DNA of 63,795 bases, counting the filler, from Octopus bimaculoides (lineage: Eukaryota), in the NCBI RefSeq assembly GCF_001194135.2. It is 8 parts of 8 records of this genome, joined end to end, with 100 filler letters (N's around TTAATTAATTAA, not from the genome) between each part and the next. Parts side by side here need not be neighbours in the genome. Positions count along the whole stretch, not along the records: positions 62,409 to 63,795 come from NW_026378362.1; 7 more parts are not named here. One strand, written 5' to 3'. Shown here one piece after another: positions 63,541-63,795 of the stretch. How positions within the stretch are numbered: the first letter of the stretch is position 1; each line of letters begins with the position of its first letter. The position numbers and the translations under genes are program-made. Below the pieces are notes generated by a model that had not been told where the DNA came from, did no database searches, and saw only the letters and a program-made list of their open reading frames with translations.

Positions 63541-63795
63541 AAGGAGTGATTTAAGGGTAATTTGGCTGCTATTTCTACCATGTCTAGCTACCATATAGAG
63601 GTCTCCCTCACTGACTCATGCATTCATATATACATACATAAGGCAGTAGGGAGTGATTTTAAGGGTGATTTGACTGCTATTTCTACCAGCTCTAGCTACC
63701 ATGTAGAGGTCTCCTCCATTGGCTCAAACTTACATAAAATAGTGAGGAGTGATTTGATAATTTGGCTACTATTTCTACCAGGTCTAGCTACCATA
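63541..63795. repeat. Minisatellite, about 100-110-bp unit, at least 3 copies
   Basis: The GGAGTGATTT...TTTG.CT.CTATTTCTACCA..TCTAGCTACCAT unit starts at about 63541, 63650 and 63744. Confidence 0.85.

Noticed and set aside
63541-63795. CRISPR-like repeat-spacer appearance (also 24152-24865)
   Set aside because: Eukaryotic context, whole units are similar rather than having unique spacers, and there are no cas genes.

Overview
Eukaryotic, AT-rich, repeat-saturated DNA. It is most likely an Octopus assembly; this is inferred from the SINE families, the extreme (TA)/(CA)/(AAT)/(TATC) microsatellite load and the UFL1 sequence. There is no CRISPR, rRNA, true tRNA gene or operon. The window is a patchwork of 8 pieces joined by artificial 100-bp spacers (44 N + TTAATTAATTAA + 44 N), so adjacency across those spacers may not be biological. 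The only host gene I can support is UFL1 (E3 UFM1 ligase): two in-frame, correctly phased minus-strand exons at 56589-56847 and 54587-54753. The rest of the gene is not visible. Almost everything else is decayed transposable-element sequence: RTE, L1/Tx1, CR1/Jockey-like, R4/Dong-like and Penelope-like retroelements, several tRNA-type SINE families, Tc1/mariner elements and MITEs, and a 2.48-kb element with both termini and a TTAA-type target site (Kolobok-like DDE transposon). The most interesting unexplained structures are a (TTAGGG)n patch exactly at an internal deletion junction of a Tc1/mariner element (7128-7147), a ~47-bp RNA-like hairpin rich in G.U pairs (62930-63046) and a pre-miRNA-like hairpin (25011-25079). 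Most ORFs in the supplied track are microsatellite or N-gap artefacts. Element boundaries are by eye and approximate unless a TIR, TSD or splice site is quoted.
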